In this document: positions 1-14,180 of the stretch, in pieces
Layout: each line of letters begins with the position of its first letter
Numbering within the stretch: the first letter of the stretch is position 1
NCBI RefSeq assembly: GCF_963921235.1
Contig: NC_086097.1
Coordinates: 161,760,001-161,824,000 of the forward strand
Length of the DNA: 64,000 nt
Direction: 5' to 3'
DNA from: Mobula hypostoma
Taxonomy: Eukaryota
Translations under genes and position numbers: made by a program
The notes under the pieces: generated by a model
Databases searched by the model: none
Told to the model about the DNA's origin: nothing
What the model saw: the letters and a program-made list of their open reading frames with translations, nothing else

Positions 1-1699
1 AGCAGGATTTGAGAATGTTCATGATGTGGTGCTTTGTCCTGGAAGAAAGGGGCCTTGAGCAAAGTGCTGTCTTTAGGAATCTGATGTAAGGTTTGAAGGT
101 GATGTGATCTGTACTGGATCTGGATGAGTACGAGCACCCTGTTGATGGGAATATTGGTTAAAGGAAGAACGCGGCCTCTAGATTTATAAATTTGTCTTGG
201 TGGTACTTAGCCAGTGTGCTGAGATTTTACTGTAATTCTGTCTGTGAAGCATACTGGTGTGTTTGGACCACTATTCTTAAGCAAGTTTAAAAGTTAGTGC
301 TTGCTTTGAGGATTGGTCTTTGAACACACTTTTTTTTCTGTTTGGAGACTGTTAGCAAAATGGAGGCAGAAATGAGTTTTGTCATAATGATGTGCCTTAG
401 CTGAGACATGCTCCCATAGTACGGATGGTCTTTCAGATTCTCAGTGTCAGTTTGCAGATATGGTTTGCATCAAAAGCTGAAGCTTTAAGCCCTTGTTGAT
501 TCCTACATTGAAACATGATGGAAATGGCCCTTAATTGTTTCCAAGCACAGTGCTGATGCAGAAATACTGTAAAATCTGAAATATTATTCACATTAAAATA
601 AACACCTAAATTATGCACTGCATCTGTATTCACAGCATTAATTACATGCAGTGGAAGTGCCTGTATATCAACAGTATGCAATTGTCAATGTCGCTAGATG
701 TATGTGGAGTGATGAACTAAAACCTAAATATTGTTTAAAATCTTCCAGGTAACAGCAGTAACAGCAGTTCATTCAAATCAAACTGATTGTGATTTGTGAA
801 TAAAGTTGATTTTAATGGTGAACCTACGGCCAGGATTGCAGTGACACCAGAGTACTCTGATCTCTAAGGCCTTTCCTTCCCCATGTTGCATCACCAGCTT
901 TTTGGAGGGGTTTGTGCTGTCAGTGCCCTGATGAGGTCAGTGACTGCTGTCAACGGCTATACTTAGTACAAGTGAAGGCTAATGAAACCACTTCAGTATC
1001 TGTGTCCAGAGTGTGAGGTTCGCCTTAGCTCTAATATTGATCTGAACAGAGTACATGAGCCAGAGTGTAAGCTTTACCCAGATCCTTGTCAACCCTAGCA
1101 ATACCTGGCATTGAGCCGTTTGCTTATGATTTCTTTTACAGAGCAGATGTCAGAAACCTGTTTCTGGAGATGGAAAACTCTCGACTGGTGTTTTCTATTT
1201 AGCTTTTTGAGAAGGTAGAACTCTGAGTGGGCAAGTGGATTCTTCCTTGATTATTTCAAAAGGTGGTACAAACAATGGCATCCTGTGAGTTCATGATTTG
1301 TCATGCTGTTTAGTGTCTTTGGAGTATTTCAATCCTCCATCCAGAATGGCATCTACTAAAGCATTCGGATGTTGTTGGGATTATTTCACTCTGGAGTGGA
1401 ACCTATTCTCAGACCCAACTCTACCAAAGCTGTCTAATAATTACTGAGAAGTTTGCAATCTTTTCTTTAACTGAATTGTTGCAATACTAGGAAGTATGTT
1501 TAGGTTGATTCTTCCAGCAGAAAACTATTTGGATAGATTATGGGTGAATGTTCAGTCTTTTTCCTGGCCTCACCTTGGCAGAGGAGGCCAAGCACAAACC
1601 AGAAGAACAGAACCTCATTTTGCCTCAGTTTATAACCCTGCAACACTGAATTCTCCACTTTCATGTGACCTATTTGCCTCTGTCCCCTTTTCTCTATTC

Positions 1700-2190
1700 C
1701 TGGATTCTTCCACATACCCTTATTTTCCATAGCCTCCACCCCTCACTTCTCTACCTATCACCCACACTCTCCTCACAACTGGGTCCTTATTCATTCCTCT
1801 CTTGAACCCACATCCCCACTATTCCAATCTAACCACCATCCCTCCTTTATTTGGTTCCGTTTCACCCTTTTTAAAAAAAAAAAATCAAATTCTATATTCG
1901 GCAACTCTTGTTGCTACTTACCACCTCTCAGCCTCTGTCACCATATCTACCCTTTCCACTGGCACAAGTCTCCAATTCCGAATGAACACATCACCTGTAA
2001 CCCTCAGTCGCTTGCCATCTGTTCCATCACTCCTCCTCACTTTATACTGGCTATCTCTCCTTTATCAGACCAGATGAAAATCTTGACTCAACCTCAACTG
2101 ACAGTTTATCTCCACAGATGCTACCTGGCCCACTGAGTTCCTCTGGCAGCTTGATTTTTACTCCAGATTCCAGCATCTGCAATCTCTTGT
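1700..2190 (+). mobile_element. Old Penelope-like element 3' region (pyrimidine-rich tract plus terminal repeat, decayed hammerhead)
   Basis: C/T-rich tract followed by CCACAGATGCTACCTGGCCCACTGAGTTCCTC...CCAGATTCCAGCATCTGCA, the same terminal motif that lies downstream of the GIY-YIG ORF at 20410-20500. Confidence 0.6.
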
Positions 2191-3869
2191 TTCCATTGTT
2201 ATTTTGTTTCTGGATATTGCTATGTTATCCTGCTGATATTTTAGCAAGGCAAGTGTTCCCCACATCTAAAAGTGTACACCTTGATCAACCACAGGCCGTG
2301 AAGTTAATAACCAGTCCAGAGTCTAGTTAACTTGCACAATGTATTTTCTTTACTTGAAAATAAATACATATCCATTTGTGTGGATTTATTAGTATATAAT
2401 TAATATCCCAGGAAAATAAATTTGGCTTACTTTGCCTATTTTGGCAAAAGGGCTTTTAACAAATTAGAGATTCTACTGTATTGAAAACAACTTTTTAAAC
2501 TTAAATTTTTTACTTTTTGACATGTGGGCATAGTCTGTTGCTTATAAATTTAAGAAGTGCTCCATATGAACTTTTTATATTTAGGCATATTGATAGGGAA
2601 TGACAGTGTAACTAATAGGTTTACTTTATATCTGACTAAGTTACTAAATCAAATGCCAAATCAAATGAGCTCTGGAGATTACTCACTGTAAAGGAATTGA
2701 TTAAGCATGGAAAAATGTTGCTATATACTGGGGCATGTTTTGATCTGTCTTTCAGCTGCAATGTTTATAAAACATGGTGGAGTTCTAATCAGGAGAGGAT
2801 TGTAACTTGAAAAAAGCACAATGGGCAGGCTTGAATTTCCTGAAAAGCCGATTTGTACCTTACTGTGAAAAATGCAATTTTGGGATCTTTTGAATTGTGC
2901 AAGTGGAGGTATGTAAAATAGCAAATTAAAACTCCATAGTCATTTGTTTAAACAGTGAAATTGCATTCCTTCCATTTTCAGTGCTAACATCCAACAGAAA
3001 GTGTTCATTATAATCTAAGATATGGTGAATTGTTAAACATCATTCAACGTAATTATGGCTGCCTGTATGGATTTACACTTTCTCTTCATATTTTGTAAAT
3101 GAAATTGTTCGGATAATTGCCAGAAAGAAAACATTTAAATGAAATAAAAGTGAGGTGGTGCACGTTCTAGGAAAGTGAAACAAAGCAAGCAATACTGACA
3201 ACATTGAACATGTTGGACATTGTTTTTGGCAAGATTAGGTAAAGTTTAAATATTTTGTTTAATGTTATTTTGATATGATTTGGTTAATGTCTGTTTTATT
3301 TAATTTGTGAGATTTTGCAAATGACTAAGGATGAACAGGATCGGGTGCAAGAAAAATGATCACTAATTAGAAAGAAGAAATGGTTTGATTATATTTCAGA
3401 AAGTTGTAAAGAAGAAAATGGGAGAAATATAGCGGATGAGCAGGAATGTAAGACTGTTGAAGCGGTCCAAGATGGACAAAGTAGAGACCGGTAGCAGTGA
3501 TGAAAGTGGGGGAGAAGTGAAAAGGTGGTGATATCAAGGGTGTGGATGGTTCTGACCGCTTTAGGCAAAATCTTCCCAAGAATCCCTTTTGCTCTGCACC
3601 CAGCCCAAAGTGCAATCATCAACAAAATGTGTAGTGATTACAATTATTGAGCACAGCCCTTTTTGATGTGCATTTTCCATCTTGGGAGAAAGTATTGTTA
3701 CCCTGTGTTCTGTTTCAACTGAAAATTAAGCGTAAAAAGTTATACCTTTCTAAACTGTTCCAGTTTAAATAGGGTTTCATTGGTAATAGTTTGATATCTT
3801 ATTGTCATAGCTGCAAAATATTGCTGGAAGAATTTTTTCCTTCCTTTCATTAGGCAAAGATTACAAACT

Positions 3870-4165
3870 TCATAGTTATACATATGTCATGAGTCCACAC
3901 CAACTGTAATGCACATGAATCTGACACTAATCCCGTTTTATTCTCCTCACACACTCAACAACTCCCGCAAAGTTTTACTGCTCACGTGGGCATGAGGGAA
4001 AATTTTAGTGTTTATCTAACCTACAAAACTACATGTGTCGATGTGGGAAGAAGCCAATGCACCTGAATAAACCCCATTCTGGCACATGGAGAACGTACCA
4101 ATTCTACACTCAATACTGAGGTCAGGACTAAACCTGGGTTGTGAGGCAGCTATGCTGCCCAAACA
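3870..4165 (-). mobile_element. Degenerate SINE
   Basis: Resembles the SINE bodies at 34665-37110 (ATGTGGGAAGAAGCCAATGCACCTGAATAAACCCCA...GGAGAACGTACCAATTC). Confidence 0.45.
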
Positions 4166-4409
4166 GCTCTTAACTTTAATATTCTTGAATCTTTTTTCCC
4201 AACCACTTTCTTCTGACGCTGTCTTCCCTATCCCCACCCCAATCTTCATCCTCACTGCTTTCTGCTTCCCTTCTGATTTTCCCCCTCCTTTCTAATCCTG
4301 AGTGATCAGTCCTCAGTAGGAGTCAGTGTTTCTTCTTCCTATATCACCATTGTAAAGATTTGAATCAAGAATAATGATGCACTTTCCCTGCCTGGGAAGA
4401 GAGGAGGTA

Positions 4410-5180
4410 AAAGTGTGAGGTGGTACGCTTTGGAAGGACAAACTCCAAGGCGGAGTACAAAGTAAATGGCAGGATACTTGGTAGTGTGGAGGAGCCGGAG
4501 AACCTGGGGGTACATGTCCACAGATCCCTGAAAGTCGCCTCACAGGTAGATAGGGTAGTTAAGAAAGCTTATAGTGTGTTAGCTTTCATAAGTCGAGGGA
4601 TATAAGAGTCGCGATGTAATGATGCAGCTCTATAAAACTCTGGTTAGGCCACACTTGGAGTACTGTGTCCAGTTCTGGTCGGCTCACTACAAAAAGGATG
4701 TGGAAGCATTGGAAAGGGTACAGAGGAGATCTACCAGGATGTTGCCTGGTTTAGAGAGTATGCATTATGATCAGAGATTAGGGGAGCGAGGGCTTTACTC
4801 TTTGGAGAGAAGGAGGATGAGAGGAGACATGATGGAGGTATACAAGATATTAAGAGGAATAGGAAGAGTGGATAGCCAGTGCCTCTTTCCCAGGGCACCA
4901 CTGCTCAATACAAGAGGACATGGCTTTAAGGTAAGGAGTGGGAAGTTCATGGGGGATATTAGAGGAAGGATATTTACTCAGAGAGTGGTTGGTGCGTGGA
5001 ATGCACTGCCTGAGTCAGTGGTGGAGGCAGATACACTAGTGAAGTTTAAGAGACTACTAGACAGGTATATGGAAGAATTTAAGGTGGGCGGTTAAATGGG
5101 AGGCAGGGTTTGAGGGTTGGCACAACCTTGTGAGCCGAAGGGCCTGTACTACGCTGTACTATTCTATGTTCTATGTTCTA
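4410..5180 (+). mobile_element. 5'-truncated CR1 LINE, ORF2 C-terminus and 3' tail
   Basis: ORFs 4420-4605 and 4619-5095 (LYKTLVRPHLEYCVQFWS, LERVQRR, FTQRVV..WNALP); (TTCTATG)n tail; flanking direct repeat TAAAAGTG at 4408-4415 and 5179-5186. Confidence 0.95.
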
Positions 5181-5392
5181 AAAGTGGAAGTGTTTTCTGA
5201 TAACACTATCTGCCCTCTTATCTCTTCTGCTTCTGCCTTTGCCTATTTCTTTGGCTCTGAAAAGGTTAAGTTTCAGAAAGATTGTCTCTTATTCCTTTAA
5301 ATTTGAGAGTATATTCCTTGCATTTCATCTCTTCTATTATGCCTTTTTATTCTTACCAACCCCTTTAAATGATTCTCAGGTTTGTATGTGGT

Positions 5393-6600
5393 AACATAAG
5401 ATATAGGAGCAGAACTAGGCTATTTGGCCCATTGAGCCTGCTCCACCATTTCATTGTGGCTGATCCATTTTTTTCCTCTCAGCTCCAATCTTCTGCCCCG
5501 CCCCAGTAGTTCCTTCATGACCTGACCAATCAAGAATCTATCAACCTCTGTCTTAAATATACATAAAGACTTGGCCTCCACAGCTGCCTGTGGAAATGAA
5601 TTGCACAGATTCACGACTAGCTAAAGAAATGCTCCATTCCAAAAAGATGCCCCTCTTTCTGGGGCTGTGTTCTCTGGTCGTAGATTCTCCCACCATAGGA
5701 AGCATCCTCTCCACATCCATTCTATCAAGGCCTTTCACCTTTTGACAGGTTTCAATTAGATCATTGCTCATTGTTCTGAATTCCAGTGAATACAGGCTCA
5801 GAACCATCAAATACTCTTCATATGACAAACTGTTTAATTCTGAATTTATTTTCACGAACCTCCTTTGAACTTCTCCAGTTTCAGCACAACCTTTCTAAGA
5901 TGAAGAGCCCAAGGTTCCTCACAGTATTCCAAGTGAGGCCTCACCAGTGTTTTATAAAGTCTCAACATTACATCCTTGCTTTAATATTTTAGTTCTCTTG
6001 AAATGAATGTTCACATTGCATTTGCCTTGCTCACCACAGACTCGACCTGCAAGTTAATCTTTGCAGAATCCTGCACAAGGAATCACAAATCCCTTTGCAC
6101 TCCCAGTTTTTTGTATCTTTACCTCCATTTAGAAAGTAGGCAACCCTTTCATTTCATATACCAAAGTGCATGACCATACACTTCATGACACTGTATTCCA
6201 TCTGCCACTTCTTTGCCCATTCTCCCAATTCAAGTCCTTTTGTAGCCTCTATTTCCTCAAAACTTCCTGCCCCTCCACCTATCTTGTGTCATCTGCAAAC
6301 TTGGCAACAAAACCATCAATTCCATCATTCAAATCGTTGTCATATAACAAAAATAATCAGTACCAACTCAGACACCTGTGGAATACCACTAGTCACCGGC
6401 AGCCCGCCAGAAAGGACTCCGTTTATTCCCACTCTTTGCCTCCTGCTAATCAGCCACTGCTTTATCCATGCTAGAAACTTTCCTGTAACACCATGGGCTT
6501 GTTAAGCAGTCTTATGTATAGCACTTTGTCAAAGGCATTCTGAAAATGCAAGATACAACATCCATTGATTCGCCTTCGTCTATTCTGCTTGTTATTCCTT
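5393..6600 (-). mobile_element. Decayed CR1 LINE (RT and 3' end)
   Basis: Minus strand shows KFADD (TCATCTGCAAACTT on + near 6290), WLPVTSG and LYSLEFR motifs; tail CATAAGATATAGGAGCAGAA. Confidence 0.9.
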
Positions 6601-7149
6601 CATGTATGTACTCTGATAATAAATTTTACTTTGAATTTTGACATTATCTACTTTAAAATGGTCTATTCCCTTTTTTTTAAATAACGTGTGATGATGCAAT
6701 GTATCTTGTACACCATGAGACAACCTTGTCAGTTTACGAATACCTGTTGTAAGATAACCATCTCTGTACTTACTTGTCATTCACTTGAATTAAGTTTTTG
6801 AAAGCTGTTGAATTTGTACAGGGGAATAATTGTTTCTGTGGGAGTTGGTTCAGGCAATGCTGGCTCCATTGGTTCTGATTTAAGCATGGTCTAAAACCAG
6901 TAGTTCACTTGGATCTGTATCAAAGCATTAGAAATTAAATTCAGAAAGAGGTTACATAAAGTATGGTTCCACACATAGTATGTAAGTCTTACCCTGGAGG
7001 AGTGTTGGTCTGGCTGACTAACTAAATCACTTCTTGCTACACAAGTTGAGGAACTTCATTTGTCCACTTGTCTCTTTTTTCCACAGTTTGTGAATCATAT
7101 TCAGCATACTTGTAATACCATGTGCAGATGAACTGGAAATGTGTACTAT

Positions 7150-7985
7150 AAATGTGTTACAATGTTGGAAAATGCATGGTCATGTACTTTGGTAGCAGAA
7201 AGGAATGTGCGGACTATTTTCTAAACGGGGAGAAAATCCAGGAATCTGAGATGCAGAGGGACTTGGGGAGTCCTTGTTCAGAACACCCTGAAGGTTAACT
7301 TGCAGGTTGAATCAGTGGTGAGGAAGGCAAATGCCATGTTAGCATTCATTTCAAGAGGTCTAGAATACAAGAGCAAGAATGTGATGCTGAGGTTTTATAA
7401 GGCACTGGTGAGGCCTCACCTTGAGTATTGTGAACAGTTTTGGGCCCTTCATCTCAGAGAAGATGTGCTGGCATTGGAGAGGGTCCAGAGGAGGTTCACA
7501 AGGATGATTCCAGGAATGAAAAGGTTATCATACGAGGAACATTTGATGGCTCTGGGTCTGTACTTGCTGGAATTCAGAAGGATGAGGTGGGATCTCATTG
7601 AAACCTTTCAAATGTTGAAAGGCCTAGACAGAGTAGATGTGGAAAGAATGTTCCCACGGTGGGAGAGTCTGGGACAAGAGGCCACAGCCTCAGGATAGAG
7701 GAGCGCCCTTTCAAAACAGAGATGTGAAGAAATTTCTTTAGCCAAAGGGTGGTAAATTTGTAGAATTTGTTGCCATATGCAGCTGTGGAGGCCAGGTTGT
7801 TGGATGTATTTAAGGTAGAGATTGATAGGTTCTTGATTGGACATGGCATCAAATGTTGCAGGGAGAAGACTGGGAACTGGGGTTGAGGAGGAGACAGGAA
7901 AAAGGATCAGCCATGATTGAATGGCAGTGCAAACTCGATGGGCCAGATGGTCTAATTCTGCTCCTATGTCTTATGGTCTTACAAC
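7150..7985 (+). mobile_element. 5'-truncated CR1 LINE
   Basis: ORF 7300-7698 (FYKALVRPHLEYCEQFW, LERVQRRFTRMIPG); tail TCTGCTCCTATGTCTTATGGTCTTA. Confidence 0.93.
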
Positions 7986-8169
7986 TTAATAAAGGGAGGA
8001 AAATTGTTTGGCTCTGTTTTGAAAATAGTTTCCTAAAGAGCCTTTTAACTTTTAATCTTGAAGTACAGTAGCTGACTTTTCTAAAATGCAGTGTTGAAGT
8101 TGTGTAAGTGGCAAATCTAAGTTGCCTTAAAAAATTTTAAAAATTAAATTTATGAACCTCTGACTTCCT

Positions 8170-8919
8170 GTCAAATTGCTGGTAGGTGGTAAGAATGGGC
8201 TCCCTCAGCTCTGCCCCTCTGACCCTCAACATGGGTGCTTCTCAGGGCTGTATACTAAGCCCCCTCCTGTCGCCACCCACAGCTCTAATCTGCTAATTAA
8301 ATTTGCTGATGACATGACACTCAGTAATAAATCTCAAATAATAATGAGGCAGTCTACAGAGAAGTCATCACCCTGATACAGTGGTGTCAAGAAAACAACC
8401 TCTCCTTCAATGTCGCAAAAACAAAGGAGCTGGTTCTGGACTACAGGAGGAATGGAGACAGGCTAACCCCTGTTGACATCAGTGGATCTGGGGTTGAGAG
8501 GGTGCATCACTGCCTGGTATGCAAACTGTACTTCCCTCAATAGCAAGACCCTGCAGAGAGTGGTGTGGACAGCCCAGTGCATCTGTAGATGTGAACTTCC
8601 CATGCTTCAGGATATTTACAAAGACAGGTATTAAAAAGGGCCTGAGTTACCCCAGTCACAAACTGTTCCAGCTGCTACCATCTGGGAAACGGTACCGCAG
8701 CATAAAAGCCAGGAGCAACAGGCTCCAGGACAGCTGCTTCCACCAGGCCATCCGACTGCTTAATTCATGCTGACGCAACTGTATTTCTATGTTATATTGA
8801 CTATCCTGTTGTACATATTTATTATATATTACTATAATTGCACGTTTAGATGGGGACGTAATGCAAAGATTTTAACTCCTCATATATATGAAGGGCGTAA
8901 GCAATAAAGTCAATTCAAT
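8170..8919 (+). mobile_element. Rex1/Babar-like (L2-related) LINE fragment with internal deletions
   Basis: LIKFADD RT motif (ORF 8176-8376), WCQENNLSFNVAKTKEL in an adjacent frame, C-terminal FQLLPSGKRYRSIKARSNRLQDSCFHQAIRLLN, tail AATAAAGTCAATTCAAT. Confidence 0.8.
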
Positions 8920-9354
8920 ATTAGGATTGCAATGGCACAGAACAATAAACAGCACTAAAATCATGATTAAAAGATATTTAAACTATATAGATTGTGGTTA
9001 TTATCTGAAACTAAAGAAATTGAAGTGATGACCTGCAACATCCAGCAGAACTAGGAATGAAATTACAGGAAAAATTGATAGAAATGTAAAAGTTTGAAAG
9101 GGTATTGCTGAGAAACCAGAATGTGGTACTTGATGAAAAAACTAACTGGAGGGAAAAATTGTAATTAAAATTAAGTTGTATTTTTGTCATTGCACAAAGA
9201 CGGGAGCAAATTCATTTCTAAGGTAATAGTTCCCTTAATTGCCTTATTTTTCAGTTTGAGCTATGTTGGTTCATTGCTCAGGCCTGTTTGCCCTTCAAGT
9301 TATGGTATGCTACATTCTTGAACATTTTCTGAAAGTGCTACCATATGTTGGACA

Positions 9355-11610
9355 TGGACCATAAGACAGGAGCAGAATTAGGCTATTCAGTTCATCAGGT
9401 CTGCTCTGCCATTTCATCATGGCTGATCCATTTCCCCCTCAAACCCATTCTGCTGCCACCTTCTTGCCCTGACTAATGAAGAGCCTACAAACCTCTGCCT
9501 TAAACATACACAATGACTTAACTTCCACAGCCACCTTTGGGAACAGTTTATATAGATTCACCACCCTTTAGCTAAAGATATTCCTCTTTGTCTCCATTCT
9601 GAATGGATGGCCCTCTATTCTGAGATTGTGCCTCCTGGTCTTAGACTCCCCCACTATACAAAACATACTCTCCACGTCCACTCTACCCAGACCATTCAAC
9701 ATTTGATAGCTTTCAAAGAGTTCCCCCAGCATTGCAAGTAAAGGCCCGGAGTCATCAATTACTCCTCATGCCTTTCATTCCCAGAATCATTCTTGTGAAT
9801 CTCCTTAGAACCCTCTCCAATGTCAACACATGTTTTCTTGAATAAGGGACCCAAAACTGCTCACAGTCTGCTCCAAGTGAGTCTTCACCAGTGCCTCAAG
9901 TACTCAGGACTACATCCTTGCTTTTATTTCAAGTCCTCTCAAAATGAATGCTAAAATTGTATTTGCCATTCTCACCACCAACTCAACCTGCAAATTAATG
10001 TTTAGGAAATCCTGCATGAGGACTCCAAGTCCTTTCGCACCTCAGATTTTTGAATTTTCTCCTCATTTAGAAAATAGGCTATTTTCCGACAATGTCACTG
10101 TTTTGCCCATTCTCCTAATCTGTCCAAGTCCTTTTGCAGCCTCCCTGCTTCCTTAACAATAACTGCACCTCCAACTATCTCCTATCATCTGCAAACTTGA
10201 CCACAAAGGTGTCAATTCAGTCTTCCAAAACAATGACATACAACGTAAAATGAGGTCCTACCAGCGACCTTTGAGGAGCACCACTAGTCACCTATAGCCA
10301 TTCAGAAAAGGCTCCTTTAATTCTCATTCTTTCCCTCCTGCTAATCTTGTATCCATGCGAGTATCTTTCCTGTAATACTGTGGGCTCTTGTAAGCAGCCT
10401 CATATGTCGTACCTTGTCAAAAGGCTTCTGAAAATCCAAATACACAACATCCACCAATTCTCTTTTCTCTATTTCCTTAAATAATTCTAACAAATTCTAA
10501 CAGATTTTTACTTGAGGAAACCATGCTGATTTTGGTCTATTTTACCATGTGCCTCCAAGTATCCTGAAATTACATCCTAAACAATTGACTCTGTCTTTCT
10601 GATTACTAACGTCAGGCTAACTGGCCTATAATTTCCTTTCTTCTGCCTGTCTTCTTTCCTTCCTTGAGGAGCAGAGTGACATTTGGAATTTTTGGAATAG
10701 TTAGTATCTATCATGCGCCTTCCAAATTTTTCTCTGCAACTCTAGTCATTGTTGCTTTGCTATCATCCTTGCTAGTGTCCCTTTCCAATATCCAATAACC
10801 TCTCTGATTTTGTTCCCCTTTTACACTGCAACTCATCCCACTGACTGCAACTTTGACCAGCTCCTGTCTCTTGCCTCTGTAATTCCCTCTACTCTACTAT
10901 AATACTGATACATCTGATACTGCTTCTCCCTCAAATTGCAGGGTGAATTTGATCATATTATGATCACTGTTTCCTAAAGGTTCCTTTACCTTAAGCTCTC
11001 TAATCAAATCCAGTTCATTCCATAACACCCTATCCAGAATAGCTGCTCCCCTAATGAGCCCAACCATGAACTGCTCTGAAATGCCATCTTGTAGGCATTC
11101 TACAAATTCTGTCTTGGGGATCCATCACCAACCTGATTTTCCCAATTGTAGGCATCCTACAAATTCTGTCTTGGGGATCCATCACCAACCTGATTTTCCC
11201 AATCTACCTGCATATTGAAATCCCCCATGTCTATTGTAACATTGCCCTTTTGACAACCCTTTTCTATCTCCCACTGTAACTTGTAGCCCACATCCTGACT
11301 ACTGTTTGGAGGCCTGTATATAACTCCCACCAGTGTCTTTTTACTCTTGCAGTTTCTTAACTGTACCTGCAAGGATTCTACATCTTCTGATTCTACGTAA
11401 CGTCTTTGATTTCATATTTTACCAACAGAGCCACACCTTTCAATGCAATGCGTATCTTTTGATGTTAGGGCCCCAACTATAAATCATCTTTCAGCTGCTA
11501 CTCAGTGATGCCTACAATGTCATACCTCCCAATGTCTAAGTGTGCTACTAGATCATTTACTTTATTCTGTATACTGTGTGCATTCAAATATAAAACCTTC
11601 AGTTCTATAT
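9355..11610 (-). mobile_element. Decayed CR1 LINE spanning APE endonuclease to 3' tail, with internal deletions
   Basis: ORF 11157-11372 (GVIYRPPNS, MGDFN) is APE-like; RT relic near 10180; CATAAGACAGGAGCAGAA tail near 9360. Confidence 0.88.
11089..11202. repeat. 57-bp tandem duplication inside CR1
   Basis: TTGTAGGCATT/CCTACAAATTCTGTCTTGGGGATCCATCACCAACCTGATTTTCCCAA at 11089-11145 and 11146-11202, one mismatch. Confidence 0.95.
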
Positions 11611-11889
11611 CCAAGGATGTTGGTCCCCCTCATCTGGAGTTATAGAATTATGATTTTAGGATTTGGACCCATAGACAAAGAAGTAATAGCTGTGTATTTC
11701 CAGTCTGCATAATATTCAACTTGGAGGAGAACCTGCAGGTGGCAGTGTTACTATGTGCCAACTACCTTTGTCCTTGGTGACAGAAGGAAATTAGCTTGGG
11801 CCTGATAGAAAGGCAGAAGTAATGATTTTGGAAGGTGGCATTGGAAAAGTTAGACAAGTAATAGTTCATTTTGTAGATGGTATGTATTG

Positions 11890-13797
11890 CATAGAAACCA
11901 TAGAAACTACAGCACAGAAACAGGCCTTTTGGCCCTTCTTGGCTGTGCCGAACCATTTTCTGCCTAGTCCCACTGACCTGCACATGGACCATATCCCTCC
12001 ATACACCTCCCATCCATGTATCTGTCCAATTTATTCTTAAATGTTACAAAAGAACCCGCATTTACCACCTCGTCTGGCAGCTCATTCCATACTCCCACCA
12101 CTCTCTGTGTGAAGAAGCCCCCCCCTAATGTTCCCTTTAAACTTTCCCCCCCTCACCCTTAACCCATGTCCTCTGTTTTTTTTCTCCCCTTGCCTCAGTG
12201 GAAAAAGCCTGCTTGCATTCACTCTATCTATACCCATCATAATTTTATATACCTCTATCAAATCTCCCCTCATTCTTCTACGCTCCAGGGAATAAAGTCC
12301 TAACCTATTCAACCTTTCTCTGTAACTGAGTTTCTCAAGTCCCGGCAACATCCTTGTAAACCTTCTCTGCACTCTTTCAACCTTATTTATATCCTTCCTG
12401 TAATTTGGTGACCAAAACTGAACACAATACTCCAGATTCGGCCTCACCAATGCCTTATACAACCTCATCATAACATTCCAGCTCTTATACTCAATACTTC
12501 GATTAATAAAGGCCAATGTACCAAAAGCTCTCTTTACGACCCTATCTACCTGTGACGACACTTTTAGGGAATTTTGTATCTTATATTCCCAGATCCCTCT
12601 GTTCCACTGCACTCCTCAGTGCCTTACCATTAACCCTGTATGTTCTACGTTGGTTTGTCCTTCCAACATGCAATACCTCACACTTGTCAGTATTAAACTC
12701 CATCTGCCACTTTTCAGCCCATTTTTCCAGCTGGTCCAAGTCCCTCTGCAGGCTCTGAAAACCTTCCTCACTGTCTACTACACCTCCAATCTTTGTATCA
12801 TCAGCAAACTTGCTGATCCAATTTACCACATTATCATCCAGATCATTGATATAGATGACAAATAACAATGGACCCAGCACTGATCCCTGTGGCACACCAC
12901 TAGTCACAGGCCTCCACTCAGAGAAGCAATTCTCTACCACCACTCTCTGGCTTCTTCCATCGAGCCAATGTCTAATCCAATTTACCACCTCTCCATGTAT
13001 ACCTAGCGACTGAATTTTCCTAACTAACCTCCCATGCGGGACCTTGTCGAAGGCCTTACTGAAGTCCATGTAGACAATATCCACTGCCTTCCCTTCATCC
13101 ACTTTCCTGGTAACCTCCTCGAAAAACTCCAACAGATTGGTCGAATATGACCTACCACGCACAAAGCCATGTTGACTCTCCCTAATAAGCCCCTGTCTAT
13201 CCAAATGCTTGTAGATTCTGTCTTTTAGTACTTCCTCCAATAACTTACCTACTACTGACGTTAAACTCACCAGCCTATAATTTCCCGGATTACTTTTCGA
13301 TCCTTTTTTAAACAACGGAACAACATGAGCCACTCGCCAATCCTCCAGCACTTCACCTGTAGACAGCGACATTTTAAATATTTCTGCCAGGGCCCCTGCA
13401 ATTTCAACACTAGTCTCCTTCAAGGTCCGAGGGAACACTCTGTCAGGTCCCAGGGATTTATCCACTTTAATTTTCCTCAAGACAGCAAGCACCTCCTCCT
13501 TTTTAATCTGTACAGTTTCCTGGGTCTCACTACTTGATTCCCTCAATTCCATAGATTTCATGCCAGCTTCCTTAGTAAATACAGATGCAAAAAACCTATT
13601 TAAGATCTCCCCCATTTCCTTTGGTTCCACACAAAGCCGACCACTCTGATCTTCAAGAGGACCAATTTTATCCCTTACAATCCTTTTGCTCTTAATATAC
13701 TTGTAAAAGCTCTTTGGATTATCCTTCACTTTGACTGCCAAGGCAACCTCATGTCTTCTTTTAGCCCTCCTGATTTCTTTCTTAAGTATTTTCTTAC
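11890..13797 (-). mobile_element. Young 5'-truncated CR1 LINE
   Basis: Long ORF2 remnants 12581-13741 and 12082-12612; (CATAGAAAC)2 tail near 11890. Confidence 0.97.
12082..13741 (-). pseudogene. CR1 ORF2 reverse transcriptase, frameshifted near 12590 and in a C-run near 12120
   Basis: PGNYRLVSLTS, QHGF, YMDFSKAFDKVPH, SGVPQGSVLGPLLF, KFADDTK motifs. Confidence 0.95.
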
Positions 13798-14180
13798 ATA
13801 CTGCATTATTGCTGGTGGAGGGAGTGAGTGCTTAGAATGAGTCATTTTGGCTGCTTTGTCCTGTGCAATTTTTTTTTGTTTTGTTAGACTTGGCAATAAT
13901 ATTATAAAGAATTCTTCCAACTTGTACAGTGATTTCATGAGATTTGGACTAGTATATGTAGCATTGGATTCTGAAAGAGCAATTAATTGGTCTTGAATTA
14001 GTTCAGTGTACAATTGCACAATTTTTGGATGTGGGTTTGGCACATGAAGGGCAATTGAGGAAGCTTGGACTATATTTATTGTAGTCAACAAGAATTGAGT
14101 GATCTTATTCAGATATTGTTTCTTAATAGGCTTGCACTGTAGATCCTGAGAGGCTGTTTCTCTTTTGTTGGCAAAAAGAA

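Noticed and set aside
741..756. TCTTCCAG|GTAACA possible recursive splice site (similar at 60101-60114)
   Set aside because: Short pyrimidine tracts; such motifs are expected by chance in 64 kb
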